Assembly: GCA_000320545.1 (NCBI GenBank) | Contig: ADNK01001148.1 | Coordinates: 1 to 64,000, forward strand | DNA length: 64,000 bases | Origin: Bigelowiella natans CCMP2755 | Lineage: Eukaryota > Protista > Cercozoa | Reading direction: 5' to 3' | Shown: positions 53,315 through 64,000 of the stretch, one piece after another | Layout: each line of letters opens with the position of its first letter | Position numbering within the stretch: position 1 is the stretch's first letter | The notes under the pieces: generated by a model | The model's database searches: none | What the model saw: the letters and a program-made list of their open reading frames with translations, nothing else | Told to the model about the DNA's origin: nothing | Position numbers and translations under genes: made by a program

Positions 53315-53460
53315 CGAGCAAAGAATGTTCATCATGCTATTATGTGTACAATCGCGCAAAGAATGTTCATCATGCTATTATGTATACAATCGCGCAAAGA
53401 ATGTTCATCATGCTATTATGTATACAATCGCGCAAAGAATGTTCATCATGCTATTATGTA
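53315..53460. repeat. ~4 x 38-bp tandem repeat
   Basis: cgcgcaaagaatgttcatcatgctattatgtatacaat starts at 53315, 53353, 53391 and 53429, with no spacers. Confidence 0.95.
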
Positions 53461-53617
53461 AGATCATGTATTAAATTTTGAACGTCATGCATGAAACGAT
53501 TGATGCAGTAAAAATGATTATTTGATTAAATATCACATCGGAATCAAAATTTTTTTTTCGCGACGTAGCATTTTAATAGCTTCATCAGACAAATTTATTT
53601 TTTTTAATAAAAAAACC

Positions 53618-54001
53618 TTAAATCGGGTGACACATGGCTAGTTCTTTGGATTCCACACGGCATTGTGGACATTTGAGTGAGATTTTGTTCCATGCAAGCA
53701 GACACGCGGTATGGAACCCGTGCGAGCACTGCATCGACACGCAGACTCTTTCTCCAGGCTTCATGATGTTCATGCAGATGGCGCACGTTTTGCCGAATAA
53801 ATGTATCAATTGTTCTAATTTGTGTTTTGCAGGAACGTCGTCAAATTCATTCTTTTCCTTCTTCTTCTTTTTTTCTTTCGTGAGGTCAATGACGTCGTCG
53901 TCATCTCTCGTGAGATCAATAATGACGTCGTCGTCATCTCCCGTGAGATCGATGACATCTCTTGTTGAGGTATCTGAAGAGTCGGCGTTCTGAGTGTTCA
54001 T
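53618..54001 (-). CDS. RING-H2 E3 ligase with three SUMO-interacting motifs (RNF4/STUbL-like)
   Basis: VIDLTGDDDD, IIDLTRDDDD, VIDLT, then a Lys-rich NLS-like run and CAIC-x15-CSHGFHTAC-x10-CPQCR. Confidence 0.85.
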   Translation of the reverse strand: MNTQNADSSDTSTRDVIDLTGDDDDVIIDLTRDDDDVIDLTKEKKKKKEKNEFDDVPAKHKLEQLIHLFGKTCAICMNIMKPGERVCVSMQCSHGFHTACLLAWNKISLKCPQCRVESKELAMCHPI

Positions 54002-54127
54002 ACCGAGAAGGATCTTCTTTTCGATTAAAGATTTATTATAATAGTCGGGAAGTTTGGATTATGATGAGTTGTGTGTGTGTGTGTGTATATATTATTTTTT
54101 GGTTACTTTTTTATAATTTATTATTCG

Positions 54128-54334
54128 TCATTTGGATTGTGGCTGTGTGTTTTTGAGCTCTATGTTCAGAGTGGTTCGCAACTTTGTATCTAACTCCTCT
54201 TCTACATTCCTCTGTACATTCTTGAGTTTTGCATCCAGAGTGGTTCGCAACTTTCTCTCTAGCTTCTCTTCTACATTCCTCTGTGTATTCTTGAGTTTTG
54301 CATCCAGAGAGCTCTGAAACTTTCTGTCTAGCTT
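54128..54334 (-). pseudogene. 3' remnant of a coiled-coil protein with 23-aa (69-bp) repeats, cut off at the duplication junction
   Basis: LDAKLKNTQRNVEEKLERKLRTT / LDAKLKNVQRNVEEELDTKLRTT / LNIELKN...*; upstream sequence switches to copy B at 54335. Confidence 0.6.
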
Positions 54335-55428
54335 CGGCTGACGGCTGGCTAGTTGTGATGTCATGATTGCGAGGCGTTGACCGAGTGAGTAGCTCGCGAG
54401 GTTGTGTTGGCGGGTGGGTGGGTGGTCTGCATGGGAGAGAAAGAATTGGCAAGACGAGGCAAAACTGATGCTTTTGAGAATGCCTCTGCTTCACAGCTTG
54501 ATGAGACACACTGCATGGCAACCTCACGTTTTTCAATTGTTGACGTTCATAATGATGCTTTTGATTTGATCAGAATCACAAGTGTTTCTTCATGTTGATC
54601 AGCAGAACGCAGCACGAGCACTTGTGGACTGCCGAATGCATGGAGAAATGGTTCGCATGCGCGCATTTGCGCATCACCCATGCACAATGCACGCCTCTGA
54701 CCACGATGTGCAACAACAACAACAAGACAAAAACGGCGAATCATGGAATCATGAAATGGGTCACAATTTCATGAATCATGCTTGTGCGCTGGAGCTTTGC
54801 ATGCAGCATTGTCATTGCATGGTGAACATTGGTGACGCTCTGACACACACGTGTTGCATTTTCATCTGCACATCACACATGGTGTTGCGACTGGCACTCT
54901 TGAGACAAGCCTGCATGGCTGGCCCAGTTCATGCATGCATGGCACGTCAGTGCTTGCCAGCTGGCTGGCTAGCCAGAGTGGATGATTGCTACATTGCACA
55001 TTGCACGCCCATGCTGGACACAGACACACCAAACCATGCTTGTCATGATGTGCGGAACCTCAGTTTCAATCGTTTCCTCCCTTTTTTTCTTTTTGATTCT
55101 GCAGGATGCTTTGGGAACCGAAGCTTCTTTCTCCAAGCTTCACGGAAAGTTGAGGTTTTGAGAGCTAGTAGAGAGAGGGAGGGAAAGAAGAGCTTGATGA
55201 GAGAGGGAGAGCCAGAACAATGAACAATGAACAATGAAGAAAGCGTTGATCAAAACTACATGCGCCAGAACCACATGGGAGACAGGCATTTGCACGCAGC
55301 AGAGCCAGAGATGAGCCGGATGGCCCATTGAAGTCTGCGAGCAACTTTTTATTCCTAGTCGCACAGGATGGAATCGCAAGACAAAGCGGATATCGCCCCT
55401 TTTGCACCCCATACGACATGCGACGACT

Positions 55429-55550
55429 ACGCAATACGGACAAATTCTATAAATTTGCAAGTCTCGGGTTAACGCAATACTGGCAAATTCTAGAATTTGC
55501 AAGTCTCGGGTTAACGCAATACTGGCAAATTCTAGAATTTGCAAGTCTCG
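55429..55550. repeat. ~3 x 42-bp palindrome-containing tandem repeat (copy B)
   Basis: Same sequence as 40982-41103. Confidence 0.9.
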
Positions 55551-55917
55551 AATCAAAATTCGGCTTCAGGATGATACTTGAGACACGGTAGAAAATCATA
55601 TCGCTCTGTAATTTCGCTAATAAATTGTTTTTAGCTTGTTATTTCCTGGATTAGATCTACCTCGTACCTCAAGATGTTGCCGTGAACAATTGTTTATTAG
55701 ATGAATTTACCAGGGAAACATACCCGATAAAATTATTTTTAAAAAAAATTAATAATGATTTTTACGGCTTTTACGACAGGACGGTTTCAATGAATCCGCA
55801 AATGCCCTGCATTTTATCTCAAGAAGACAACCATTTTCTGTCCCCTTATTTTCTTCTTGAAGCCTCTCGCCTTGGAATTCCACACCTCCCTGCCCGCTAC
55901 TCCTCTCCCGACCCTAA

Positions 55918-55965
<48 letters not shown>

Positions 55966-56243
55966 TTCTCTGCAGCTTGCCAATTTCAGATGAAGAAGGT
56001 GAAGATGAATAGTATTGTTTTTTTTCTTTTGGGAAATGGCATGTGTTTTCTTCTTGTCATTGATTTTTATAAAAACCTATTTTCTTGTTCACTGTGTTCC
56101 TCCCTAACCCTCCTCTATTAGAGAGAAACAGTTTGTGGTTACAAGAAAAAGACATTTTGTCGATCGATGTATCCATGCTCATATCGTATTTAAATGACAT
56201 TTCCGTGTGCGCCAGGTAGGTAAGTAGACCAGGCCCATAAAAG

Positions 56244-56607
56244 ATGAGGATCTTCCTTCCCAAGCCCTCCTTCCTCCTGCTACTCCTGCTACTTCCTCAG
56301 CTCGTGGTACCTACAAAAGAACGTACTCCATTCTCTCTCCTCTTCTTCTTCCCTCAGGCGCAAAAAAAATAGGGGGGGGGGAGGGGAGGGATATCATAAA
56401 CTACTAAGCCAAATTGTTATACGGTGCCTGCGTTTCCTATTATCTCATGATGATTCAAGTGAGTTTGAGCCGCATTTGCGTATACCTGTTCCTCCAACAC
56501 AATCCAACCAAGTGAGCTGAGCCGCGGTTCATCATGTGTGTGTGTGTGTGTGTGTGTGCACGTGAGTATATATGTGTACACGTGAGTATATGTGTGTGTG
56601 CACGTGA

Positions 56608-56651
<44 letters not shown>

Positions 56652-59600
56652 ACGTGAGTATGTGTGTGTGTGTATCGTATCCCACCGCCGAGCTGAGCTG
56701 TGAATATTCTCTGATGCTCAGCAAGCCACATTTTCCGATAGCCAAGAAAGTCACGACCTCCTTCATGGTGGATTGGAAGACCTTGCAATGATCTCGGGTG
56801 GATCACGAGGTATGGGTCGTGATAAAGGTCCACGCAAAACGACCCGGCTCTTGACGAATCCGGATTCTTCAGCGACCCAGTCTTCCATGATTGCTTGGGG
56901 AGGAAATTGCTGGAGGTCGTATGGTGCTGACTTAACGTGTGTGAAGGATGCAATGAAATCCAAGAGGTTTCAGAAAATATATTCTACTGAGGGAGCATTC
57001 GCAGCGCTCACGTCGAACGGTAGCGTGATAACCTGGGGAGATCCTAACTTCGGCGGCAACTCCAGGACCGTGCAATCCGCCCTGGCCGTAGGTGAGGTCC
57101 AGACCATCTATTCTACTTCTACTACTTTTGGAGGTGCATTCGCAGCGCTCACGTCGAACGGTAGCGTGGTCACCTGGGGAAGATCTAGCTACGGCGGCAG
57201 CTCGAAGACCGTGCGATCCGCCTTGGCAGTAGGTAGGATCCAAACCATCTCTTCTACAACACAAGCATTCGCAGCGGTCACGACAAACGGTAGCGTGATC
57301 ACCTGGGGAAGTTCGAACTACGGCGGCAACTTGAAGACCGTGCAATCCGCCTTGGCAGCAAGCAGGGTCCAGACCATCTATTCTACAAATTCAGCATTCG
57401 CAGCGGTCACGTCGAACGGTAGCGTTATCACCTGGGGACATTCTGGCAACGGCGGCAACTCCGAGACCGTGCGATCCGCGTTGGGAGCAGCTAGGGTCCA
57501 GACCATATCTTCTGCTTCTTCAGGTGCATTCGCAGCGCTCACATCAAACGGTAGCGTGATGACCTGGGGAAGTCCTCGCTACGGCGGCGACTCTGAGACC
57601 GTGCAAGCTGCGTTGACAACAGGCAGGGTCCAGACGATCTATTCTAGTACACATGTATTCGCAGCGGTCACATCGAACGGTAGCGTGATCACCTGGGGAG
57701 ATGATAGCTACGGCGGCAACTCCCGGACCGTGCAATCCGCGCTGGCATTAAGTGGGGTCCAGACGATGTTTTCTAATTGGTACGCATTCGCAGCAGTCAC
57801 GTCGAACGGTAGCGTGATTACCTGGGGACATTGGGGCTACGGCGGCGACTCCAGGACCGTGCAACCCGCGCTGGCAAAGGTCCAGACAATTCATTCTAAT
57901 CACAATGCATTTGCAGCCGTCACGTCAGACGGTAGCGTGATCACCTGGGGATTTTCTTTGTTCGGCGGCAACTGCAGGACCGTGCAATCCGCGCTGGCAG
58001 TAGCGAGGGTTCAGACCATCTCTTCCACAAAACAAGCATTCGCTGCGGTCACGTCAGACGGTAGCGTGATCACCTGGGGACATTCTGACTCTGGCGGCAA
58101 CTCAAGGACCGTGCGATCCGCCTTGGCAGTAGGTAGGGTCCAGACCATCTCTTCTACTTCTAAAGGTGCATTCGCAGCCGTCACATCAGACGGTGGTGTA
58201 GTCGCTTGGGGCCATGCGGATGCATGTGGTGGTGTCCTACCAAACATGACATCCACAGATGTCAAGGCAGTTTATTCTACGTCTAGGGCGTTTGCAGCAG
58301 TGACTTTCAAGAACAATGTGATCACCTGGGGTCGCATTTCTTCCGGCGGCGACTCTGAGACCGTGCAATCCGCGTTGGCAGTAGGCAGGGTCCAGACCAT
58401 CTATTCTACTTCACAAGCATTCGCAGCGGTCACGACGAACGGTAGCGTGGTCACCTGGGGAATTTCTAGCTACGGCGGCAGCTCATGGACCGTGCAATCC
58501 GCGTTGGCAGTAGGCAGGGTCCAGACCATCTATTCCAACCAATGGGCATTCGCAGCGGTCACGACGAACGGTAGCGTGGTCACCTGGGGAAGTTCTAGCA
58601 ACGGCGGCAACTCCAGGACCGTGCAATCCGCCCTGGCCGTAGGTGAGGTCCAGACCATCTATTCTACTTCTACTACTTCTGGAGGTGCATTCGCAGCGCT
58701 CACGTCGAACGGTAGCGTGGTCGCTTGGGGAAGTTCTAGCTACGGCGGCAGCTCATGGACTGTGCAATCCGCCTTGACAGCAAGCAGGGTCCAGACCATC
58801 TATTCTACTTCACAAGCATTCGCAGCGGTCACGACGAACGGTAGCGTGGTCACCTGGGGAAGTTCTGGCAACGGTGGCAACTCCAAGACCGTGCAAGCCG
58901 CCTTGGCATTGGCTAGGGTCCAGACCATCTATTCCAACCAATGGGCATTCGCAGCGGCCACGTCAAACGGTAGCGTGGTCACCTGGGGAAGTTCTAGCTC
59001 TGGCGGCAACTCTAAGGCCGTGCAATCAGCCTTGGCAGAAGGTAGGGTCCAGACCATCTCTTCTACTGAAAGAGCATTCGCAGCGCTCACGACGAACGGT
59101 AGCGTTATCACCTGGGGAAGTTCTATCTCTGGCGGCAACTCCAGGACCGTGCAATCCGCACTGGCAGCAAGTAGGGTCCAGACCATCTATTCCAACCAAT
59201 GGGCATTCGCAGCGCTCACGACGAACGGTAGCGTGATCACCTGGGGAAGTTCTCCCTTTGGCGGCAACTCCAGGACCGTGCAAGCGGATTTGGCAACGGG
59301 CAGGGTTGAGGCGATCTATTCCAACAATGGGGCATTTACAGCGTTGTTATCTGATGGTAGTTTGGTGAACTGGGGGGATATGAAATACTATGGTGATAGC
59401 GTGAATTTGAAGACCAGCCCTGGCGCCAGCATTGTTTCTACTGAATGTGCTTTCGTTGCATATGGAGCAAAAACAAGTTCTCCAACGATGAGCCCAAGTA
59501 CTATGAGTCCTACGTCAAGTCCTAGCACTAACATCCCATCTGCAAGCCCCTCAAGTTCTCCAACGATAAGTCCAAGTACTAACACCCCATCTGCAAGTCC

Positions 59601-61261
59601 CTCCACTGGTACGATTTTCTCTTATAGGGATATGTTCTATCATCCTACCTTGACCCTATTTTTTTTCTTTCTTCTTTCCATTAGGCATCCCAACTGTGAG
59701 CTGTCCTGTCCCCCTAATGGCGAGGTTAAAGAAAGAATATTGAACGTTGTAACGAATACAGCGTTGATATTGATTGGTTGTGCAGGTTCAACGACCCTAT
59801 TACCATGATAAATGTGTTTTACAATATACCAACAAACACCCCCGGGTCCGTGGACTTAAACACTGCGTGCAGCCTTCTCCTATACCCCTCATCAGTCGCT
59901 CTTCTGGGGTAATTAAAAAGATAAATGCATCGGCCTTTTTTTTTGGTTCCTCCCTAATTCCCATTATAAAATCTCAATCCTATCATTTATTTGTTTAGTG
60001 AAAACCCTACCTGTAGCTGGGAATCCCCGACGCAACTGAATCTGCATCTTGGAAGAGGGTTAGTTGTGGAAAATGACTTTTTTGTGTTGGGTTTGCAGAA
60101 AAAGCTTCCTGAATCTCGAAATTTGCAGGTTCCTTGCTGTACCTTCCTCGCTCATAATTACAAAACCGGACATTGTGCGAAGAAAAGGTATAGATGTAAT
60201 TGCCTTCGTATCATCTCACCAGAAAAAGCCCTCTTCACCCCCCCCCCCCCTCCCAAAAAAAAAAAAAGAAAAAATACTGTCATTGTTACAATTTTTTTTT
60301 TTAATATAAATATAATTCCGAATTATTTATTGCAATCGCTAGGAGCTCCAGTACATGAACCAAAAACTGCAAGGACAGAGCTTCGACTCGGACTTCCACC
60401 TAACCCGCCAATCGTCTCCATATCAATAGTCAGTGGCATGCTTGAGATCGTTTTCTTCAGATTTCTGGTTCTGCTAATTACAGCGTACAACTTATTTTAC
60501 AACTATAGATTGCGCCAAAAGTGATCGGAACGTGTGATACATCCATCACACTAAACTCCGTTGGAGCTGGAAATGCAGGTGGGGATCCTAGATCCTATAG
60601 ATAATGGTTTATACATGAACTCCAGTTTCTGTCGTCCGTTTCCTGAGGGAGATACAAATTTTACCTATATGTTTCTCAGGACGCCCTTTCGTCTACAATT
60701 GGACATTCATAAGTCTCAACCCCCCCCTCCTCCTCCCCCCTCCCCCCTCGTATTTTGATGCCATAGAATTTCCATGTGCTTGCAAACCCCTGACCGCGTA
60801 TTCCCTCTCCTCCTATACGACTCGCTTCTCCTCTGCGATTCGCTCTCCTATACGACTCGCTAGGCTCGAGTTCTCAGCACTCCTCCGCATTTATCAACTC
60901 GGTGCAACAGGCGGTCCGGTCTATCAACGGTTCTCAACCACGCTACTTTCTTAGCCGTCACCAACAGTTCTTATCTTACGAGATTGCGTACGCCTCTCAG
61001 GAACGCCGGCGTACGTAGCGACAAAGTCCTTTCTCACGGGCAGCACGTATAAGTTCAAGGTTTCTGCGCTAAGCACCCAACAGCTTCATTTGGAAAACAG
61101 TTTTGAAGATATTTTTTAATATTTTACGGCACATATTCATACAAAAGGTCCAAGTGGCAAACTGGCTAGGGATCACAAGCTCTACAACACACGTGTTTCG
61201 GAAGGTAGGTCGACAAGCTAAGGGCGCCATTGGGATCTGCCTACACATTTCTTTTCTTTTC

Positions 61262-61292
<31 letters not shown>

Positions 61293-62784
61293 GGGGGGGG
61301 GGGGGAAAAGAATAGAATCCGTTGGGGGGGGGGGGGGGGAAAAAAAAATTGGTTCTTTGGAATCAGGTATCCAAAACCGTTCCGATACTCCTTCTTCCAA
61401 GCGCAACAAATATAGTTGCAAAACGTAGCGAGTCGTTGAGAATCTCAGTGCAAGTGCGCCCTGCGGAATGCAGCATACCGAAGGTGCGACGTCTCAGATA
61501 ACCTCAACCGAACACCGTATGCTCCCTCGCCCTCACATTTTTGTCCTTCTCCTTCTCCCCCCCTTTTGTAACATACATTTCCAGGACGGAGGCGAGCGTG
61601 TTATTTTGTCCACAGTTGCTCAATGGTATCAAACGTCAGGACCATCAGAGGTGAAGTTGGTCTATGAAACTATTTCTGCCTTTTTTTTTTGGTTGGGGGT
61701 CATCATGATGTTTTTCTTTATTTATGCGCCAGGTTGTTATTCCTCAGCCGACCTCAGCTTACCTTCGACTTCCAGCTTTCGTTTTAGATATTAACAGTAC
61801 CTATCAGTTTTCCATGCATGCTAGCACCAAGGACTCACAAGGTGTAATTGTAGAGATGTATAACGATCAACCCATACCCAAACAAGGAGGCTAAGGCATA
61901 ACAAACTATCTCCCAGGTTATGCTGTCGGGGACACCAATGTAACGTTCACAGTCCACATCTCCGATGAGCCTGTAAGAGCAGTTATTTCTGGCGGTTCGG
62001 AGCGACTGGTATCACTCTCCGCAGGACCCAACATTACGTTTGAAGGAGGAGAATCGGTCGATCCAGCGTACATTTCTTCCCGGTTATCGTTTAACTGGTC
62101 GCTCACTAACGTTGCCAACGGAAACCCTCTTCCGCTACGGGCTATCAGCAGCACAGCAGCCCTCGTTTCCACCGATATTCTCATAGCCAACCAAACGTAC
62201 TTGCTAGAGCTTGTCACGACCAGCAACGCCTCTAGATGGGACAGATCGGGCAGGACACAGCAGATCATTCGCACTACAGACGCCGACATTCCTTTCGTCT
62301 CGATACGAGCAAGTTCCGGTCTCTACCACAACGTCCAGACGAAGTTGTCTTTATCTGCAGGTACGCAAAACGAAATCGCATTCTAAATTTGTGGTTAATT
62401 CATGAAATCATAATGTTCATAGTGCTGAGAAACGGAAACGCATCAAAGGCAGGGGGGGGACTCGGTTTCGGCCAGCAGTGGTCGTGTACCTCCGCCAATT
62501 TCAACCTTTCGGACAGCCGAAATCTGCTCTCAGGGACCACCGCAGAGAACTTGGTCATACGACCGAATGCGCTGGCTCCCGGGAGTACATATTCATTCGC
62601 TGTCCGGGCTTGGTATTCGGCTGAGGAGGGATACCAACATGGAGAAGCCAGCATCGTCGTCAAGACCAACTATCCACCGGTGTTTGGTAATATGTGGAGA
62701 GAAAAGAGAGAAAGAAATGGAGGGGATAGAGATGAGAGAGAGAGAGAGAAAGAAAGAAATGGAGGGGATAGAGATGAGAGAAAA

Positions 62785-62827
<43 letters not shown>

Positions 62828-64000
62828 GGATTTGTTTGTCCTTCATCCGTTTGTATTTTTGGATACGTCCGAACGAATAAACTTGATTTGGAATTTCTGT
62901 ATAAATCAGGATCTTGTGAAAGCTCTCCACAGATAGGAACAGCAATGACGACGGTATATCGGCTTAGCTGCGATGGCTGGACGACTGGTACTAGCCTGCC
63001 CCTTCGGTATCAATTTCAAATGGTCACTTCGAGGCACACGATAGCTGAGGTAGAGGCGCACGAAGCCAGCTTAGAGAAAGGGTAAGTGACTTCTGATAAT
63101 TGCAAACAATTCTATCGTATTACCATTCGTATTACCATCTAGCATCGTATAACCCCAAACAATTGTTTGTCTCTTATGTCTGCTGCTAGCGCCTCATCCG
63201 ATGAGCCGTTCTTCCTGGATCTCTGTGAGCTGAGGCAAGTGGGATATTACCAATCGGTCCTTTCTGAGAGCAGCGGGTTGTCGAATATCGTGGTGATAAG
63301 AGCACGCATTGTCGATGACACTGGGGCTTCAAGCTCATTCCCGTTCAGTTTGACGGTGTTACCTCTGCCCCCCTCGGGTCTTTCCACAGCTGAAAAAACG
63401 ATGAACACCAGATTCAGTGAAGGCGATATGCAAGAATATGTTGTGCTAGCTGCTGGGATCTCGTCTCAACTGAACTCGGGCTTCCAAGATCCGGCTCCTC
63501 CTCCGGTACACTCTGCCACCACACTACGCATGTCGATGCTACGAAATTTGGAGGACATCACGATCTCGAACGGGAGCAACCTTGCACGGGTCCTCGATCC
63601 TCAAACATCGTCGGCTTTGGTTGAGCGCATCACTGCTGCGAATCGCAGTGGAGAGGTCGATGATGGTCTTTTTGATTTGTCAATGGATGTCATGACCTCG
63701 ATCGTGCGAGCGCAAAACCAAGTGAATGCTGAACAGACCGATCTCTCTCTTCCCCAAACGGCTGCTCAGCTTTCTGGTTCCGTCGCAAACATGCTCCATG
63801 CAGCAAAAGCATCGCGATTGGACCTCCCTGTGAACCGATCCCTCGCAGTTGCGAACTTGCTGTCGAACCTGAGTTCAATGCTTGTTTCGGGCGACCAGGT
63901 GGTGGTTGGAGAGGAAGCCGTCACAGCTGGAAGCGCCAACTCCCAGGATGGCTCTCAGAGGGTCACGCTGTCCGGAAAACTGATAGCGAGTACAAGCCTG
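56244..64000 (+). CDS. Polycystin-1/REJ-like receptor with RCC1-like repeats, copy B (3' part beyond the window)
   Basis: Same leader and exon structure as copy A. The repeat exon lies within ORF 56773-59808, and the last exon is open from ~63190 to the window end. Confidence 0.85.
56974..59466 (+). repeat. Coding tandem array of 19 RCC1-like units (copy B)
   Basis: Same consensus and unit count as copy A, with different variable residues. Confidence 0.95.

Larger units (their letters stand above)
52430..54334 (-). mobile_element. Endogenous DNA-virus-like fragment (three co-oriented intronless ORFs)
   Basis: A32 ATPase, SIM-RING ORF and a truncated coiled-coil ORF with AT-rich spacers. The right edge coincides with the start of duplication copy B. 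Confidence 0.7.
54335..64000 (+). repeat. Segmental duplication, copy B (runs off the window)
   Basis: Matches 39888-49632 and begins at cggctgacggctggctagttg. Confidence 0.97.

Noticed and set aside
53315-53460. 38-bp repeats (and the 42-bp repeats at 40982 and 55429) as a CRISPR array
   Set aside because: The units are head-to-tail with no unique spacers, there are no cas genes, and the context is eukaryotic.
52401-54334. Complete Polinton, virophage or provirus
   Set aside because: No capsid, polymerase, integrase, protease, terminal inverted repeats or target-site duplication is visible; only a ~1.9 kb fragment.
42557-59466. Diversity-generating retroelement as the cause of receptor variability
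   Set aside because: No reverse transcriptase or non-coding template repeat is present in the window. The variation includes whole-block copying and indels, not adenine-only substitution.

Overview
Intron-rich nuclear DNA from a eukaryotic microbe. Many introns hold (TA)n/(CA)n/(GA)n/(CAT)n microsatellites, and bipartite N-terminal leaders suggest an alga with a secondary plastid, most plausibly a chlorarachniophyte (inference). Positions 1-36 kb are a compact gene block: mitochondrial EF-Ts, a CacyBP/SIP-like CS+SGS protein, a dual-specificity phosphatase/alpha-beta hydrolase fusion, DPH2, two hypothetical genes, ferroportin, a GT-A-like protein, tRNA-Leu(CAA) and a bacterial-type DUF1214 protein. 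Positions 36-64 kb are accessory DNA with three notable signals. (1) A ~4.7 kb tract almost free of TpA except in CTA/TAG context, suggesting a context-specific TA>TG/CA hypermutation (the reverse of RIP); it includes a 5'-disrupted, highly uniform WD40 array. (2) A ~14.4 kb-offset tandem duplication of a polycystin-1/REJ-GPS-type receptor gene. The copies are near-identical except for the RCC1-like repeat exon, which keeps 19 units in the same register but has rewritten variable positions, consistent with a hypervariable receptor system. (3) An intronless AT-rich virus-like fragment at the duplication junction, carrying an A32 packaging ATPase, a 3xSIM-RING (STUbL-like) ligase and a truncated coiled-coil ORF. 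Exon structures were read by eye, so boundaries of spliced genes are approximate.
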